NCBI GenBank assembly: GCA_965203905.1
Contig: CBDBDQ010000005.1
Span: 1,312,001-1,376,000 of the forward strand
Source of the DNA: Spirochaetia bacterium
GTDB taxonomy: Bacteria; Spirochaetota; Spirochaetia; SZUA-6; Bin103
Reading direction: 5' to 3'
Length of the DNA: 64,000 nt
This document shows positions 1-10,610 of this stretch, one piece after another. The notes beneath the pieces are model-generated. The model had not been told where the DNA came from. It did no database searches and saw nothing but the letters and a program-made list of their open reading frames with translations. The position numbers and the translations under genes are program-made. Within the stretch, counting starts at the first letter, position 1; each line of letters starts with the position of its first letter.

Positions 1-201
1 GAGCAAAGGCGTGATGATCTTGTTAAAGATCATCACAATGAATACGTAGTGATACACAATTGCGAGATCATTAAGTTCTTTGACGAGTACGATGAAGCAT
101 ACCTATTTGCAGATAAGAATTTCGAACAAGAGACCTACTTAGTGGGACAGTGTATAACTAGGGAAGAAAATAGAGCTGTGTTTAGATCGCGAGTAAAATA
201 G
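1..201 (+). CDS. 3' end of a small AT-rich hypothetical protein (DUF5678-like), truncated by the window edge
   Basis: Frame 1 reads EQRRDDLVKDHHNEYVVIHNCEIIKFFDEYDEAYLFA...FRSRVK*; pattern resembles DUF5678 proteins. Confidence 0.5.
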   Translation, partial: EQRRDDLVKDHHNEYVVIHNCEIIKFFDEYDEAYLFADKNFEQETYLVGQCITREENRAVFRSRVK

Positions 202-283
202 CCAACGAATGCAAAAAATCGACGGTATAGGAGTTGAACCTTACGAGTCTGTAGTATCAGAATTAGTCACAACGATAGTTATC

Positions 284-576
284 GGCCATGACAGCCACTG
301 GCGCGAGTCGGTGTTCGGCGACGAACTGATGATCGGCGGCGCGCGAGGCGTCCGGGGTTCGAACCACTCAGCAGGGCGACCGTCGCCTCCTTGGCCGACC
401 TCGGCTATGCAGTCAATTACGCAGCCGCGGATGCCTTCCGGCTGCCGCGTCCCAGCTCCGCGCTCCGCGACGCGCTGCAACGCGGTACCATCCACTTTGC
501 CGGCGATACCTTCCCGGAACCGCCGACGGTGGTAGATCTGCCCGAGACCGTCGCCCGCGTCCTTAACCGCGACTGA
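284..576 (+). pseudogene. C-terminal fragment of a leishmanolysin-like (M8) zinc metallopeptidase, frameshifted
   Basis: DSHWRESVFGDELMIG, then in a shifted frame EPLSRATVASLADLGYAVNYAAADAF, the typical M8-like C-terminal motifs; no N-terminus. Confidence 0.7.
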
Positions 577-613
577 CCGTGCCGCATCGAAAGCACGCCC
601 CACTGATGTACAT

Positions 614-1186
614 TCACTCGCCTCGTGGTGGATCGCACCGACTCCTGTAGTCTCCAGTCGCGGATGCACTGTCCGTATTCGAATAGTCAATACGCACCAA
701 TGCATCCCGTATCTCGAATACAAGAGTCGCTTCAATCTGAGACAACTCGGCAACAAATCTCGTCACTATGTCTACGGCATCCGTCACGGCGCCACCATTC
801 TCAGTTATCCATGCTTCCTCATATATGCCGCCTTTATCAAAGCGATAACGTACGTCGATCGGATTGGCTCCGTCATAATAACTTCGAGCATCGAGATTCG
901 GTCTCATCATGATGCTATGGCGCACCTCGCCATCGCACGACAGGAACACCATATCTTGAGAGATGCGCGCCACTCTTTTGTCGAGAGACATCAGTTTCGC
1001 AGGCTCGATGCTATAACCTGGGACACAAATCAATCCGTGCGTCATCTCGTCGCTAAAACCATCGATATCCGTGAACACCTCACAAATACCGTACGACTTT
1101 ACGTCCTTTACTTCAGCCCACATAGATATCGGAGAAAGAACCAACAAAACAAGCATCGATAGTCGTCTGAAAACCGTCAACATCAT
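614..1186 (-). CDS. hypothetical secreted protein (lower GC)
   Basis: 190-aa ORF with signal-peptide-like N-terminus (LVLLVLSPISMWA) and protein-like composition. Confidence 0.7.
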   Translation of the reverse strand: MMLTVFRRLSMLVLLVLSPISMWAEVKDVKSYGICEVFTDIDGFSDEMTHGLICVPGYSIEPAKLMSLDKRVARISQDMVFLSCDGEVRHSIMMRPNLDARSYYDGANPIDVRYRFDKGGIYEEAWITENGGAVTDAVDIVTRFVAELSQIEATLVFEIRDALVRIDYSNTDSASATGDYRSRCDPPRGE

Positions 1187-1416
1187 TCAGTGCGCGAGTC
1201 TCACAGGGGCCCCGCTGCCGGTTGGGTTTGGACCTCGACATGGTGCCCTCCCGGTGACAAGTGCACTATGGGCGAGGCGCCGCCGCGCCCGCATGAGGAC
1301 GGCCCGCGCCCCGACTGGAGCCGTGTTGCTCCGAGGCACCGACCGTTGCCCTATCGGTTGGTCGCGACCCGGCCAGTCGCACGAATGAACCGCGCCGGGT
1401 ACCGCCGCTGCGTAGT

Positions 1417-1530
1417 TATATTGCGGACCGAATGCACCGCAGGATCAACAGTGGAAGCAAGGTTCTTGTGGTAGCTGGTCGTACGCCTCGCTAACTACCG
1501 ATTCGGCAGATGTCGACCGTCGTTGGCAAT
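1417..1530. repeat. ~110-bp dispersed intergenic element, copy 1, containing palindrome CTACCGA-T-TCGGCAG
   Basis: Near-identical to 7248-7375 and diverged at 4820-4900. Confidence 0.85.
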
Positions 1531-1590
1531 CGCACGTCACCCTGGAGTGCACTCAACGACAGGCCGCCTGAGGTCGACCTCCCAACTAAA

Positions 1591-4419
1591 CTAGGACTCG
1601 GACCGTGACGAGCGTGCCTCCGACACGTCCTCATAGGGTGGAAGGATCCCGCGGGCGCGGGCGCGGTGCACGGCGTCGAGGCGCCCGCGCGCACCTAACT
1701 TGGCGAAGATGCTACGTACCCGGTAACGCACGCCATCGTAGGATAGCTTGAGGTCCCACGCGATCTCCTTGTCCCGATACCGTTCGAGGCGCTCCAGCAC
1801 GTCGAACTCGCGCTTGCTGAGCGGTCGGTCCGGGACGGCGTCGGCGTCCCGGTTCATGGCCGCCCGCAGCGTAGCCGCCGCTTGGACAACGGCGACATCC
1901 GCGCAGTCGCCGGCGGCGATGTCGTCGAGTAGCGCATGGGCAGATGGTGCGCGCTCGCGGGCGAGCGGCCACCCGTAGTCGGCCCCGGCGAACAGCCGCA
2001 GAAACTCCTCCAAGTGCGCGCGCGCACGGTCTTCGTCGCCGGCCTGGTGCTCCAGCACAGTCGCCAGCGCCAGCCCCCGCATTCGCGTCCGCATGAGACC
2101 GCACTCGGCCGCGATTGCGTGCAGAGCGGCGGCGAGCTCGCGGGCGGCGTCGAACTCGCCGCGGGCGATGAACAACCGTAGCCGCGCGCAAGCGAGCATC
2201 TCGGCCTCGCGCCAGGTCTGACCTTGCAGGTCCGTGCACGCGGCCGCTTGCTCAGGCAGCCGGTCGAAGCGCCAGGCGCGGCTCGCCTCCTCGACATCGC
2301 CGGCAGCCAGCAGCACGGACACGCGCAGGGCTGCCAGCCAGCGCGTCAGCCCCGGCCGCTCGGTTCGCAGCGCGTACTCGCGCGCGTCCTCGACCAGCCG
2401 GAGCGCCTCCTGCGGATTGCCGCGCACCAGTGCAAGCTCCACCTCACCACCGATGCTCGCCGCGTATATGTCGAGCCAGGCGCCACACTCGCCGAGCAGT
2501 CGTGGCGTCAGCCGCGCGCCAGCCACGCGCGGCACTCCTGCCGAGCACTCCAGCTCCAGTTCGGCCGCCAGCACCTCTCCGATCATCACCGCCCCCGCGT
2601 CGCGAAGGTGGCTCGCCCGGGCTGCCTTCAGCGCACGCTGGTAACAGTCCCGGGCCTCCTGCGGACGTCCCATCGCCATGGCGACGGAACCCGCGTGGAA
2701 ATCGACGTGGGCCTGGTACGGCGAGCCTCGTCTGAGCGCCGCCCGGGCACGCCCTGCCCACTCGATGGACTGGTCAAATGCGGTCACGTGGTGGTAGTAG
2801 ATGCACACTCCCAGGCTGAACAATCCGCGCAGCAATGGGTCGGTGCCCGGTGCGTCCGCGATCGTCTTCGCACCCGCGATCGGGAGCGTCCCGTCGCTGA
2901 ACGGCATGCACCCGCACAGGTACTGCTGGCCCACGACAAAGAAGTGGTCAATCTGCAGGGCCCGATCGTCTCCGCCCGCGCGGTCCCGCGTAAAGCCAGC
3001 GGTCGCCGCGGACGCGGCCTGGTAGGCCCGCTTCGTGGCGCCGACATCGCCGGAAGCGGTCAGCACGATGCAATGCGCGAGCGCCAGGCGCGGATAGTTC
3101 GCCAGCACCTGCTCGCTCAGCAGCCCGTCGACCGCGCGCAACGCGTCCAGGCCCTGCTCCAGCCACAGCCTGACGCCACCGGCTCCCTCCGCGATCGGAC
3201 CGAGCAGCTCGGCGTCGCTCGCCTCCAGTGCGTGGCGCAGCGCCTCGACAGCGCGGCCGCGGCGCGCGAGCGCAAGCGCAATGCCGCGGTGGATCGCTCG
3301 ATAGCGCTGCGGGTCTTCCTCGAACCGCCGTTTCTCGCAGTGGTCCTTGATGAGCGGATGCAGCCGCATCGCCGATCGGGGCCCGGCCGTGGTCGACCAC
3401 AGCCCCGCCAGGGCCCGCAGCGACGCGAGCCGCCGTGCCGCGTTGCCCGCCCCGGTCACCTCGTCGATCAGCTCCGGGGCGACTTCGTCGAACAGCGCGA
3501 CATCAAGCACGAAGTCGCGATCCTCCGCCGAAATGCCCCGCCACAGCCGCGTCTCGATCCACCCGGCCACCGTGTCGTCGCCAGCACCGGCGCTTGCCGC
3601 CCCGTGCCGCCCGGCGTTGCGGTACATGCGCAGCGCGATGGGCCAGCCCGCCGAGTCAGCTACCACCGTCGCCAACTCCCGCCGCGACAGCCGCCGCTCG
3701 AAGAACCGGGACACGTCGCGGGCCGAAAACCGCAGGTCCTCCGCCCCGACCGTGCCACCCCGCCCTTCCAGCGCGAACATGGCGATGTCCAGGCCCGGCG
3801 GACGTTCCCGGAACGCCATCCCCACGTGCAGCGTGGGCGGCGCGTGTCGCAGCAGCGCGTTGATCACCGCGACCGCCTCCGGACTGTGCAGCCGCTCCAC
3901 TTCGTCGAGCGCCAGCACACACGGCGCACCGTGCCGCTCCAGCGCCCGGAACAGCAGGTTGAGCCGATACTCGGCTTGACTGTCCGCGGCCCGGTCCGAC
4001 TCCGCCCCGCCGGATCCCGTGGGCGCAGCCCGTTGCTCGGCCGAGTCGAAGGTCGCCACTCCGGCGCGCTCGAAAGCAAGGGCAAGATAGGCCGCCACCG
4101 ACCCCCGCCCGTCCTCTTCCTCGAGTGAAAGCCAGGCCACCGCCACGCCCCGCCGCCGCAGCTCCCGGCAGCGCTCGCCCAGCAGGGCGGTTTTGCCGAA
4201 GCCACCGGGAGCGCAGAGGACCGTCAAACGGTGCTCCAGCAGCGCGCACCGTTGCTCCACCTCCGTACGCCGGATGTAGCCCTCGATGGGATCGGGCAAC
4301 TCCACCCGGTAACGCTGCAGCCAGCGCGCCTCCTGCGGCGCCGGTTCAGGAACCCGCGCCGCGGCGGGTCTCGCCACGGACTCCGGTGCGAGCTCACCGC
4401 GGTCTCCCTCGTTCTTCAT
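1591..4419 (-). CDS. MalT-like STAND ATPase / LuxR-family transcriptional regulator
   Basis: Walker A APGGFGKT, Walker B VLALDE, GWPIAL motif, TPR-like region, C-terminal LuxR HTH (LSKREFDVL...KEIAWDLKLSYDGVRYRVRSIFAKLGA). Confidence 0.93.
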   Translation of the reverse strand: MKNEGDRGELAPESVARPAAARVPEPAPQEARWLQRYRVELPDPIEGYIRRTEVEQRCALLEHRLTVLCAPGGFGKTALLGERCRELRRRGVAVAWLSLEEEDGRGSVAAYLALAFERAGVATFDSAEQRAAPTGSGGAESDRAADSQAEYRLNLLFRALERHGAPCVLALDEVERLHSPEAVAVINALLRHAPPTLHVGMAFRERPPGLDIAMFALEGRGGTVGAEDLRFSARDVSRFFERRLSRRELATVVADSAGWPIALRMYRNAGRHGAASAGAGDDTVAGWIETRLWRGISAEDRDFVLDVALFDEVAPELIDEVTGAGNAARRLASLRALAGLWSTTAGPRSAMRLHPLIKDHCEKRRFEEDPQRYRAIHRGIALALARRGRAVEALRHALEASDAELLGPIAEGAGGVRLWLEQGLDALRAVDGLLSEQVLANYPRLALAHCIVLTASGDVGATKRAYQAASAATAGFTRDRAGGDDRALQIDHFFVVGQQYLCGCMPFSDGTLPIAGAKTIADAPGTDPLLRGLFSLGVCIYYHHVTAFDQSIEWAGRARAALRRGSPYQAHVDFHAGSVAMAMGRPQEARDCYQRALKAARASHLRDAGAVMIGEVLAAELELECSAGVPRVAGARLTPRLLGECGAWLDIYAASIGGEVELALVRGNPQEALRLVEDAREYALRTERPGLTRWLAALRVSVLLAAGDVEEASRAWRFDRLPEQAAACTDLQGQTWREAEMLACARLRLFIARGEFDAARELAAALHAIAAECGLMRTRMRGLALATVLEHQAGDEDRARAHLEEFLRLFAGADYGWPLARERAPSAHALLDDIAAGDCADVAVVQAAATLRAAMNRDADAVPDRPLSKREFDVLERLERYRDKEIAWDLKLSYDGVRYRVRSIFAKLGARGRLDAVHRARARGILPPYEDVSEARSSRSES

Positions 4420-4819
4420 CGAATGAGCGCCTTGTGTTGCGCAGTCCGCCGTCGCCGCGGATACGTGACGCGACTCAGGTCACCGGCCTCCTCCCACACA
4501 CCGACCCGAGCGTCCGCGCAGCGCCGGACGCCGTGGCGCTCCACCGCGGCCTCGATCCCTCCAGCGATCCTGCCACTCCTCCGGTCCTCCGATTGATCGG
4601 CAGTCTGGCTCGGTTTGGTGGTCAGTGTCCCCCTCGGAGGTGTTCCACGGCCGTGCAATCGACCGGGATCAAGCGGATCGAGCGTCTGCGAACGTGCGGA
4701 ATACCGGATTCTACCGCCCGACGGGGGCCGGAGCGCCTCTGGCCCCGACCGGTGCCGGGTACCGCCGTTTGTCGCGTAGTCAGTGCTGAAGGCGATGTCC
4801 GGAGCATAACCGCCGACTA

Positions 4820-4900
4820 GACGGTAGGATCAATAGTACAAGGGGTTTTTTATGGTAGCCGTCGCGAATCCCCGTAACTACTGACTCGGTAGATGTCGAT
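4820..4900. repeat. dispersed intergenic element, diverged copy 2 (palindrome CTACTGA-C-TCGGTAG), upstream of the MalT-like gene
   Basis: Shares AGGATCAA...GGTAG...TAACTAC...TCGGTAGATGTCGA with copies 1 and 3. Confidence 0.7.
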
Positions 4901-4984
4901 CACCGTGCCAAGCCCACGCCTCAGGGGCCATTCCGGCTGCAGCTCCTCGCCGAGGCAGACCGCCTTCGCAGCGAGAACCTGCGG

Positions 4985-5110
4985 GTGGATTACCATGAGG
5001 TCCGATCCGCGGCACCTGTCCGCGGACGCCCCTGCACTTCACGGCGCTGCACGAGATCGGTCACGTGCTTGGCTTCGGTACGCTCTGGGAACGCTTCGGC
5101 TACCTGCTTG
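4985..5110 (+). pseudogene. internal fragment of a leishmanolysin-like metallopeptidase (HEXXH region)
   Basis: LHFTALHEIGHVLGFGTLWERFGYLL; homologous piece at 18418-18465. Confidence 0.75.
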
Positions 5111-5278
5111 CAGGCCTTGGACCCGCTCGGCGAGTGAGCGCTTACGGCGACCCCGTATCTGTCCATGGGCGTGCGGCAAGCAGCAGAGACAAACCGCATT
5201 CGTTCTGCGCATCAGAATCGGCTCCATCCTGCGCCAAGTCCTGCGTTCCTTCACCTCCACGGATGGCCCGAGAACCTC

Positions 5279-7154
5279 TCAAGGACTCAGAAACACCTCC
5301 CTCATCCGGGTGATCGTCTCATCTTCCAACTCATCTATGGCATCCCCAATCGACTCACGTAACTTATCACGGCCCAACAGTTCCTCAAGTTTGCGAAGTG
5401 CGGTGTTTATAACTACCGCACCAGCGACAGCGCCTACTGCTGCGCCTACTGCTGCGCCGATCACACTACCTACAGGCCCGCCGGCGGCACCAGCAGCAAG
5501 ACCTGTCCCAGCACCCGCCGCCGCACCCGCCAAACGACCGAGAATCCGTCGCGCCACCGTGCGCGGCACGGCCTCAAGAAGGGCCGCCGACGCTCTTTTT
5601 ATCAATCCCTTCGCCGCAAGGCGAGCAACAACCCTCGAACCTATCACTCGACCGACTGCAGCGCCCAAAGCTGCGCCACCGGCGCTGCCCCAAAGCCTCG
5701 TCTCGAACGGGATACTCTCAGCAGCAAACGCACGAGCGAGCTCGGAAGCGGAGAGCTCCTTTGATGTCTCCAGCGGAATGCCATCTTCCACTTCAATTGC
5801 GCGCGCCTCGATAAGCCCATCGCGCTCTTCCCGAAAGCGTATTATCATTGTGTCTCACATGATCCAGAACGGCCAGCTCTGCTTCAACCCTCGCGAACGG
5901 ATCTCCTTCCATCACATACTCGAACATTCTCTCTCTCATCTTCTGCTCGTGACTTCCCTCGACCGCAGCGACAAACCGAAATACCTCCGCCGACATACTA
6001 TAGTACCAATCCAAGAATCGTGGGACGTTGTTCCTCATCTGATCGAAGGCCACTCCAAGTTCAGGCTCAATTAATTCTCTATAACTATCTGCACTTATTT
6101 CTCCGATATACGATGTCGTCTGTTCCTCCAGTTCGTGAATCATTGAGATGGTCCCAGGGCGAACCATCCTGTTCTCTACGAGTTCCACGTCTCGACGAAT
6201 GTCAAAGAACAGTAACGCGTATACGCAGCACAGCAATGTAATCGTGATAATTATTATAGATCTCTTCGGTAGCCCCGGTGGCTTCGGTACGTTCTTTGAG
6301 CTTGGTGCGATGGTGCGATTGATAAGCTCGCTTGGTCTAACCAAGAATGGAGACAATGCCGCCGTTATACTAACAAAGAACCCAAAAACGCTTAGAAAAT
6401 ATACAACTATATAGGCCAAGCGACCAACATCATCGTTTGTGCGCAGAACAGTCAACCCGAAGTCGCTCAAAGCGTTTATCGTTCTCATGATGTTGAACAA
6501 TTGCTCGACAGGCGCGCTAGATCCGGAATAGGTCGCCTGAGCTTCTATAGCGGAAGACAGGTCATTGTACCGCGGATGATCAGCACCCCAGTTATCAGCA
6601 ATACCAAATACGAGCGTAGCCACCAAGGCTGTGGTTACACTAGCGGGCACCGAGAACAGGGCGCCGCAGGCGAATGGTCTGACGCCGTTGGTGAGCAAAG
6701 GCTTTGACACATAATGCAGAAAGAAGTAGAGCAACGGTATCGACACGAGCACGGACGCCCATAGAGACCACTCCGAGCCTGGTGAGAAAGTGACTCGCAC
6801 AACCAGATAAATGGACGCCCAAACGGACAGGATCATGGCCAATACCATTCGCCACCAGTAGCCCGCCAGAAGGCGAACTAACCAACTGCGCTCTTTCAGT
6901 GCACCCTGCCAAAAAATAATGCGCGTCACCGCAGAACAATAGGCGGATATGGCAACAATCGGAATCGCGACAACGAGGCTCGACAGAAATGTCGAGAACG
7001 GTCCGAGTTTATTCAATGAATTGGAGACGGCGTACAGAATTGCCACGTATGAGATCGACAAAAACGAATACCGTATGGGCGACGAGAACGGTTGATCGAT
7101 GCTCCCATCGTCGCTCGTTGGCGTGGTATTGCTGTGCAGATCGTCGCTCTTCAC
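5279..7154 (-). pseudogene. multi-pass membrane protein with C-terminal glycine zipper, split into two overlapping ORFs (5793-7154 and 5279-5848)
   Basis: TM-rich N-terminal part with FLDWYYS motif; the overlapping downstream frame has GAAAGAG...GAAVGAAVG and looks like the continuation, implying a frameshift near 5850; lower GC. Confidence 0.6.
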
Positions 7155-7247
7155 AATGGTGTTACCCCCTCCGTCCGATAAGGCTTGCTACGGGCAGCGT
7201 TACGAGGACGCGACATCCGAAACAGTTGGGAGACGTATGGCCGGAGG

Positions 7248-7375
7248 TATATTGCGGTCCCGAGTGCACCGCAGGATCAACAGTGGAAGCAAGGTTTTTA
7301 CGGTAGCTGGTCGTACGCCTCAGTAACTACCGATTCGGCAGGTGTCGCGGGTGTCGACCGTCGGAACAATCGCAT
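7248..7375. repeat. dispersed intergenic element, copy 3
   Basis: Near-identical to 1417-1530. Confidence 0.85.
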
Positions 7376-7574
7376 GTACCCATGACCTACCTTGGAGGAA
7401 GCGGCCTTCGCGGCTCCTTTGGCTCGTAACGATCAGCCCGTCCTAGCGCCCCTACAACTGCTTCGCCAGGACGCCCTGTTTCCCCCCATGGCGATAGTCT
7501 TCCTGCCGCCGGCGACCGTCTATGCGTGGTGCTGGCGTCGGTGCAGTCAACTCGCTAAAGGCGCGAGGGGACGA

Positions 7575-7935
7575 TCGATTCCGCCGGCACCCAGACCAAG
7601 CTGGCGCTGCGCATCGCTCGCCGCTACGGCTGCGTTCTGGAGAGCACGTTGCCGATGAGCGGCAGCCTCAGCTCCCTGAGCACCGCGGCGTTCTATGCCC
7701 GAGCCGCCAAGTATCGCATCGCCAGCTACCACAACCTGCGCCGCAACCTCTCCCGGTGGTGCCGCTGGCTCTCCAACCAGGGACCGATTCTGGCACGCGT
7801 GGCGGTGGACCGTACCTGGGACCGGGCCACGCGCACCCACGGCGAGCTGGAGGTGTATCGACCGGACACCGAGCGCGGCGGGCACGCGGTGTGCCTGGTG
7901 GGATACACCGAGCACGGCTTCATCGTGCGCAACAG
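7575..7935 (+). pseudogene. internal fragment copied from the C1 peptidase gene (38854-39642)
   Basis: About 360 bp matching ~39188-39548 with about 5 substitutions by eye. Confidence 0.92.
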
Positions 7936-7955
7936 TCGGACCGGCATCGGACCAG

Positions 7956-8939
7956 GTGGACCCCGGCACGCCTGAGCCGGAGGTCAGCCGTCCGCACGAC
8001 AAGTACTTCCAGAGGGTGTTCTCCAATGCAGAGGACGCCGCCAGCCTGTTGCGCTCCTGCGTACCGGCGGCGCTCGCGCGGACGTTGCGGTGGTCGACGC
8101 TGACCCACCTGCCGGGTCGCTTCGTCAGCGACGACTGGCACGACAGCGAGGGCGACCTGGTGTTCTCGGTGCAGCGGAAGGGCAGCGACGAGGTGCCGGT
8201 GCTGGTGTACGTGGTGCTGGAACATCAGTCGACCCCGGACCGGTGGATGCCACTGCGGATGCTGAACTACTGCACGCAGGTATGGGTGGCGTGGCAGGAC
8301 AGCCACCAGCAGGAGGAGAGGTTGCCGCTGATCGTGCCGCTGGTATTCTATCAGGGAGGCCAGCGGTGGGAGTACGCGAGGGAGTTTGCGGAGCTGGTAG
8401 CGGATGCGGAGGAATGGCGGTGGGTACCGAGGTTCGAGCACCTGCTGATCGACCAGACGGAGCAGAGTCCGGATTCGGTGACCGGGGCGGTGGCAGCGAG
8501 GCTGCTGCAGATCTCGATGATGGCGAGGTTTCGGGAGGCGTCGGGCGAGCTATTGGAGCAGGCGACGCGATTGATACGGGAGTTGTACCGCGCCAGAGGG
8601 TTCGACGCAGTAGCCAAGCACGTGGAGTACGTGCTGGCGACGCAGCCAAAAGCAAACCGGAGGCTGTTTGCGGAGGCGTTGCGGAGGAACGTGCCGGGAC
8701 GGGGAGGAGACCTGATGAACTACGTTGAGGAGTTGATCGAGCAGGGCCGGCAGGAAGGCCGCCGCGAAGGTGAGCTGAAGGGCCGCCAGGAAGGCCGCCA
8801 GGAAGGCCGCCACGAAGGGCAGGTGCACACCATCGAGGGCTTCCTGCGACAGGATTTGCCGTGGTCCGCCATCGAGGCGGCTACCGGGATCGACGAGGCC
8901 GCGTTCCGGCGCCTCAAGCAGCAACTGGAACGCCGCTGA
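7956..8939 (+). CDS. rpn: Rpn family recombination-promoting nuclease / YhgA-like PD-(D/E)XK protein
   Basis: PHDKYFQRVF, SEGDLVFSV, YVVLEHQSTPDRWMPLRML, LPLIVPLVFYQG, C-terminal (EGRQ)n repeats; probable GTG start at 7956. Confidence 0.9.
   Translation: MDPGTPEPEVSRPHDKYFQRVFSNAEDAASLLRSCVPAALARTLRWSTLTHLPGRFVSDDWHDSEGDLVFSVQRKGSDEVPVLVYVVLEHQSTPDRWMPLRMLNYCTQVWVAWQDSHQQEERLPLIVPLVFYQGGQRWEYAREFAELVADAEEWRWVPRFEHLLIDQTEQSPDSVTGAVAARLLQISMMARFREASGELLEQATRLIRELYRARGFDAVAKHVEYVLATQPKANRRLFAEALRRNVPGRGGDLMNYVEELIEQGRQEGRREGELKGRQEGRQEGRHEGQVHTIEGFLRQDLPWSAIEAATGIDEAAFRRLKQQLERR
8715..8939 (+). CDS. putative in-frame internal small protein (RpnS-like antitoxin, 74 aa)
   Basis: Strong SD GGGAGGAG just before the in-frame ATG (MNYVEELIEQGRQEG...). 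Confidence 0.65.
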   Translation: MNYVEELIEQGRQEGRREGELKGRQEGRQEGRHEGQVHTIEGFLRQDLPWSAIEAATGIDEAAFRRLKQQLERR

Positions 8940-8976
8940 CGGCGGCGCCGTCCAGTTGCGCTATACGCGGGGGGGA

Positions 8977-9116
8977 GAACCAGATGCTGCGCAGGGCGCC
9001 GGGGGAGTGGATCACCGGCTCCTCGGCGAAGATCACGTCGTCCCACACGAAGCCGCCCTGCAGAGCCGGGAAGTAGCTCACCACCGCCAGTACCGCCAGC
9101 GCCGCCGGCCCGTCCT
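8977..9116 (-). pseudogene. inverted fragment of the TMTC-like TPR gene (52103-54814)
   Basis: Reverse complement matches ~52290-52432 (VVSYFPALQGGFVWDDVIFAEEPVIHSPGALRSIW). Confidence 0.9.
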
Positions 9117-9509
9117 GCTCCGGTCATCTGGGGGCCGTCGTCGCGCAGGATCTCCACCGCCGCTCCGGTGCCCAGAAACGCACCTCGCTCGCCGAGCCAT
9201 CGCCTGCAAGGACCGCTCTCACGGGGCTGGTCTTCTTCTCTCTGCTGTTTGGGCTGTCAGCAGGGACCAGGATCTCGTGGGGCAGACGGCCGCCAGGCGA
9301 TCGCGGACCACAAGGGCCGCAGGGTGGACGCGGGCCACAAGGATCACCCGGATCGGGAGGAACATCAACTTCCTCGGCGGATGGAGGTACGGCTCATCAC
9401 CGTACGCAGTGCCGATTCTCGGCGTGAATAACTCTGGCACGCTTGGCCAAGCTATCTATCAGGTCCCTGCGGATCGGCGACAAACGGGAGCGGCGGCCGG
9501 AGCAGGGCG

Positions 9510-10050
9510 GCCGTCACCCTGTGCGCCGCCCTGCTGACCGCATGCAGCTTCGAATACTCCGATGCCGACGCATCACCCTCGCAACTGCTTGAGCACATAC
9601 CGAAACCGAGCTCACCGAGGTAACCCACACCATCGTCCGCAACGGGCGCGTGGCGGCCGAGTTCCGCGCCCGGCAGGTGCGCAACTTCCCCCGCGCCGGC
9701 CGCACGGAGTTGGATGACGTGCTCTACCACGAGTACGACCGCAACGGCCTTCCGGTGACCGGCGGCAACGCCGACCGCGCCGTGTACTTCACCGAGCGCG
9801 AGGACGCCGAGGTGGCCGGCGCGATCCGCTTGCGCTCCCAGTCGCAGGGCGTCTGGCTGGAAGCCGAGACCCTGCGCTGGGAGGACGCCAGCCACCGGCT
9901 GTTCTCCGGCCCCGACGAGACCGTGGCGCTCACCCGCGACGACGGCTCGCAGGTGACCGGCGTCGGTCTCCAGGTAGACGTGTGCCGCAAGACATCCGGT
10001 TCTCGGGCCCCGTCAGCGGAACCCTGGTCGGCGAAACCGGGGCGGGGGAG
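9510..10050 (+). pseudogene. LptC-like (spirochaete-type LPS export periplasmic lipoprotein) gene with frameshifts
   Basis: LLTACSFEY lipobox, ...LEAETLRWEDASHRL...TRDDGSQVTGVGLQVD; frameshifts near 9605 and 9993 (the latter seen by comparison with the copy at 23345). Confidence 0.65.
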
Positions 10051-10404
10051 TAGGCGGAAAGCGCGCGGCGGGGGCGCGGGAGGCGGTGTGCGGCCGCTAC
10101 GGCGATCGGTCATGCGCGGCAGGCGCCTGCAACCGAACCGGGCGCCCTGGGACCGCCGGCGCGGCGCCCGCGCGGGGCGTTGCAGCCACGACCTCGCCGG
10201 GCCGTCGTGCAATAGTGCGTGAAGCCCCAGGTAGTCGAGTGTTGCTGCATTGCCCACCCCGCGCTGGCCGAATGCGACGTTGATCAGGACCTTGTGACTG
10301 CCGGCATCGCCGAGCCCGCGTATACCACACGGAACGCGCGGACTCCGAGTCTAAGGGCTGCGGGCGGAGGCGCTGCGCTGGGAGCAACGAACGCCGACGG
10401 CTGG

Positions 10405-10530
10405 TCACCGGAGCCGGTGGAGCTCTACCGTGAGAACGGCTCCGAGATGCGCGGCACCGGTCTTGAGGCGGACGTGCTCAGCAGGACGATCCGGGTCTCG
10501 GGACCGGTCAGCGGAACGGTGGTCGCCGTC
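10405..10530 (+). pseudogene. C-terminal fragment of a diverged LptC-like paralogue
   Basis: EPVELYRENGSEMRGTGLEADVLSRTIRVSGPVSGTVV, homologous to the 9900-10030 region. Confidence 0.6.
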
Positions 10531-10610
10531 ACCGCCGGCGAAGAGTCAACGATTCATTCACACGTGTGGGGTGTGAGGTCGTGTTTGGCTTCCGGAGTAC
10601 TAAAGAAGCC

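Noticed and set aside
7575-7935. DGR template/variable repeat pair with the C1 peptidase gene
   Set aside because: The differences are not adenine-specific and no reverse transcriptase is present in the window
7695-7955. N-terminal extension of the Rpn ORF (likewise 23295-23495 and 32373-32443 for their ORFs)
   Set aside because: Read-through into adjacent unrelated fragments or the IS end, not part of the real proteins
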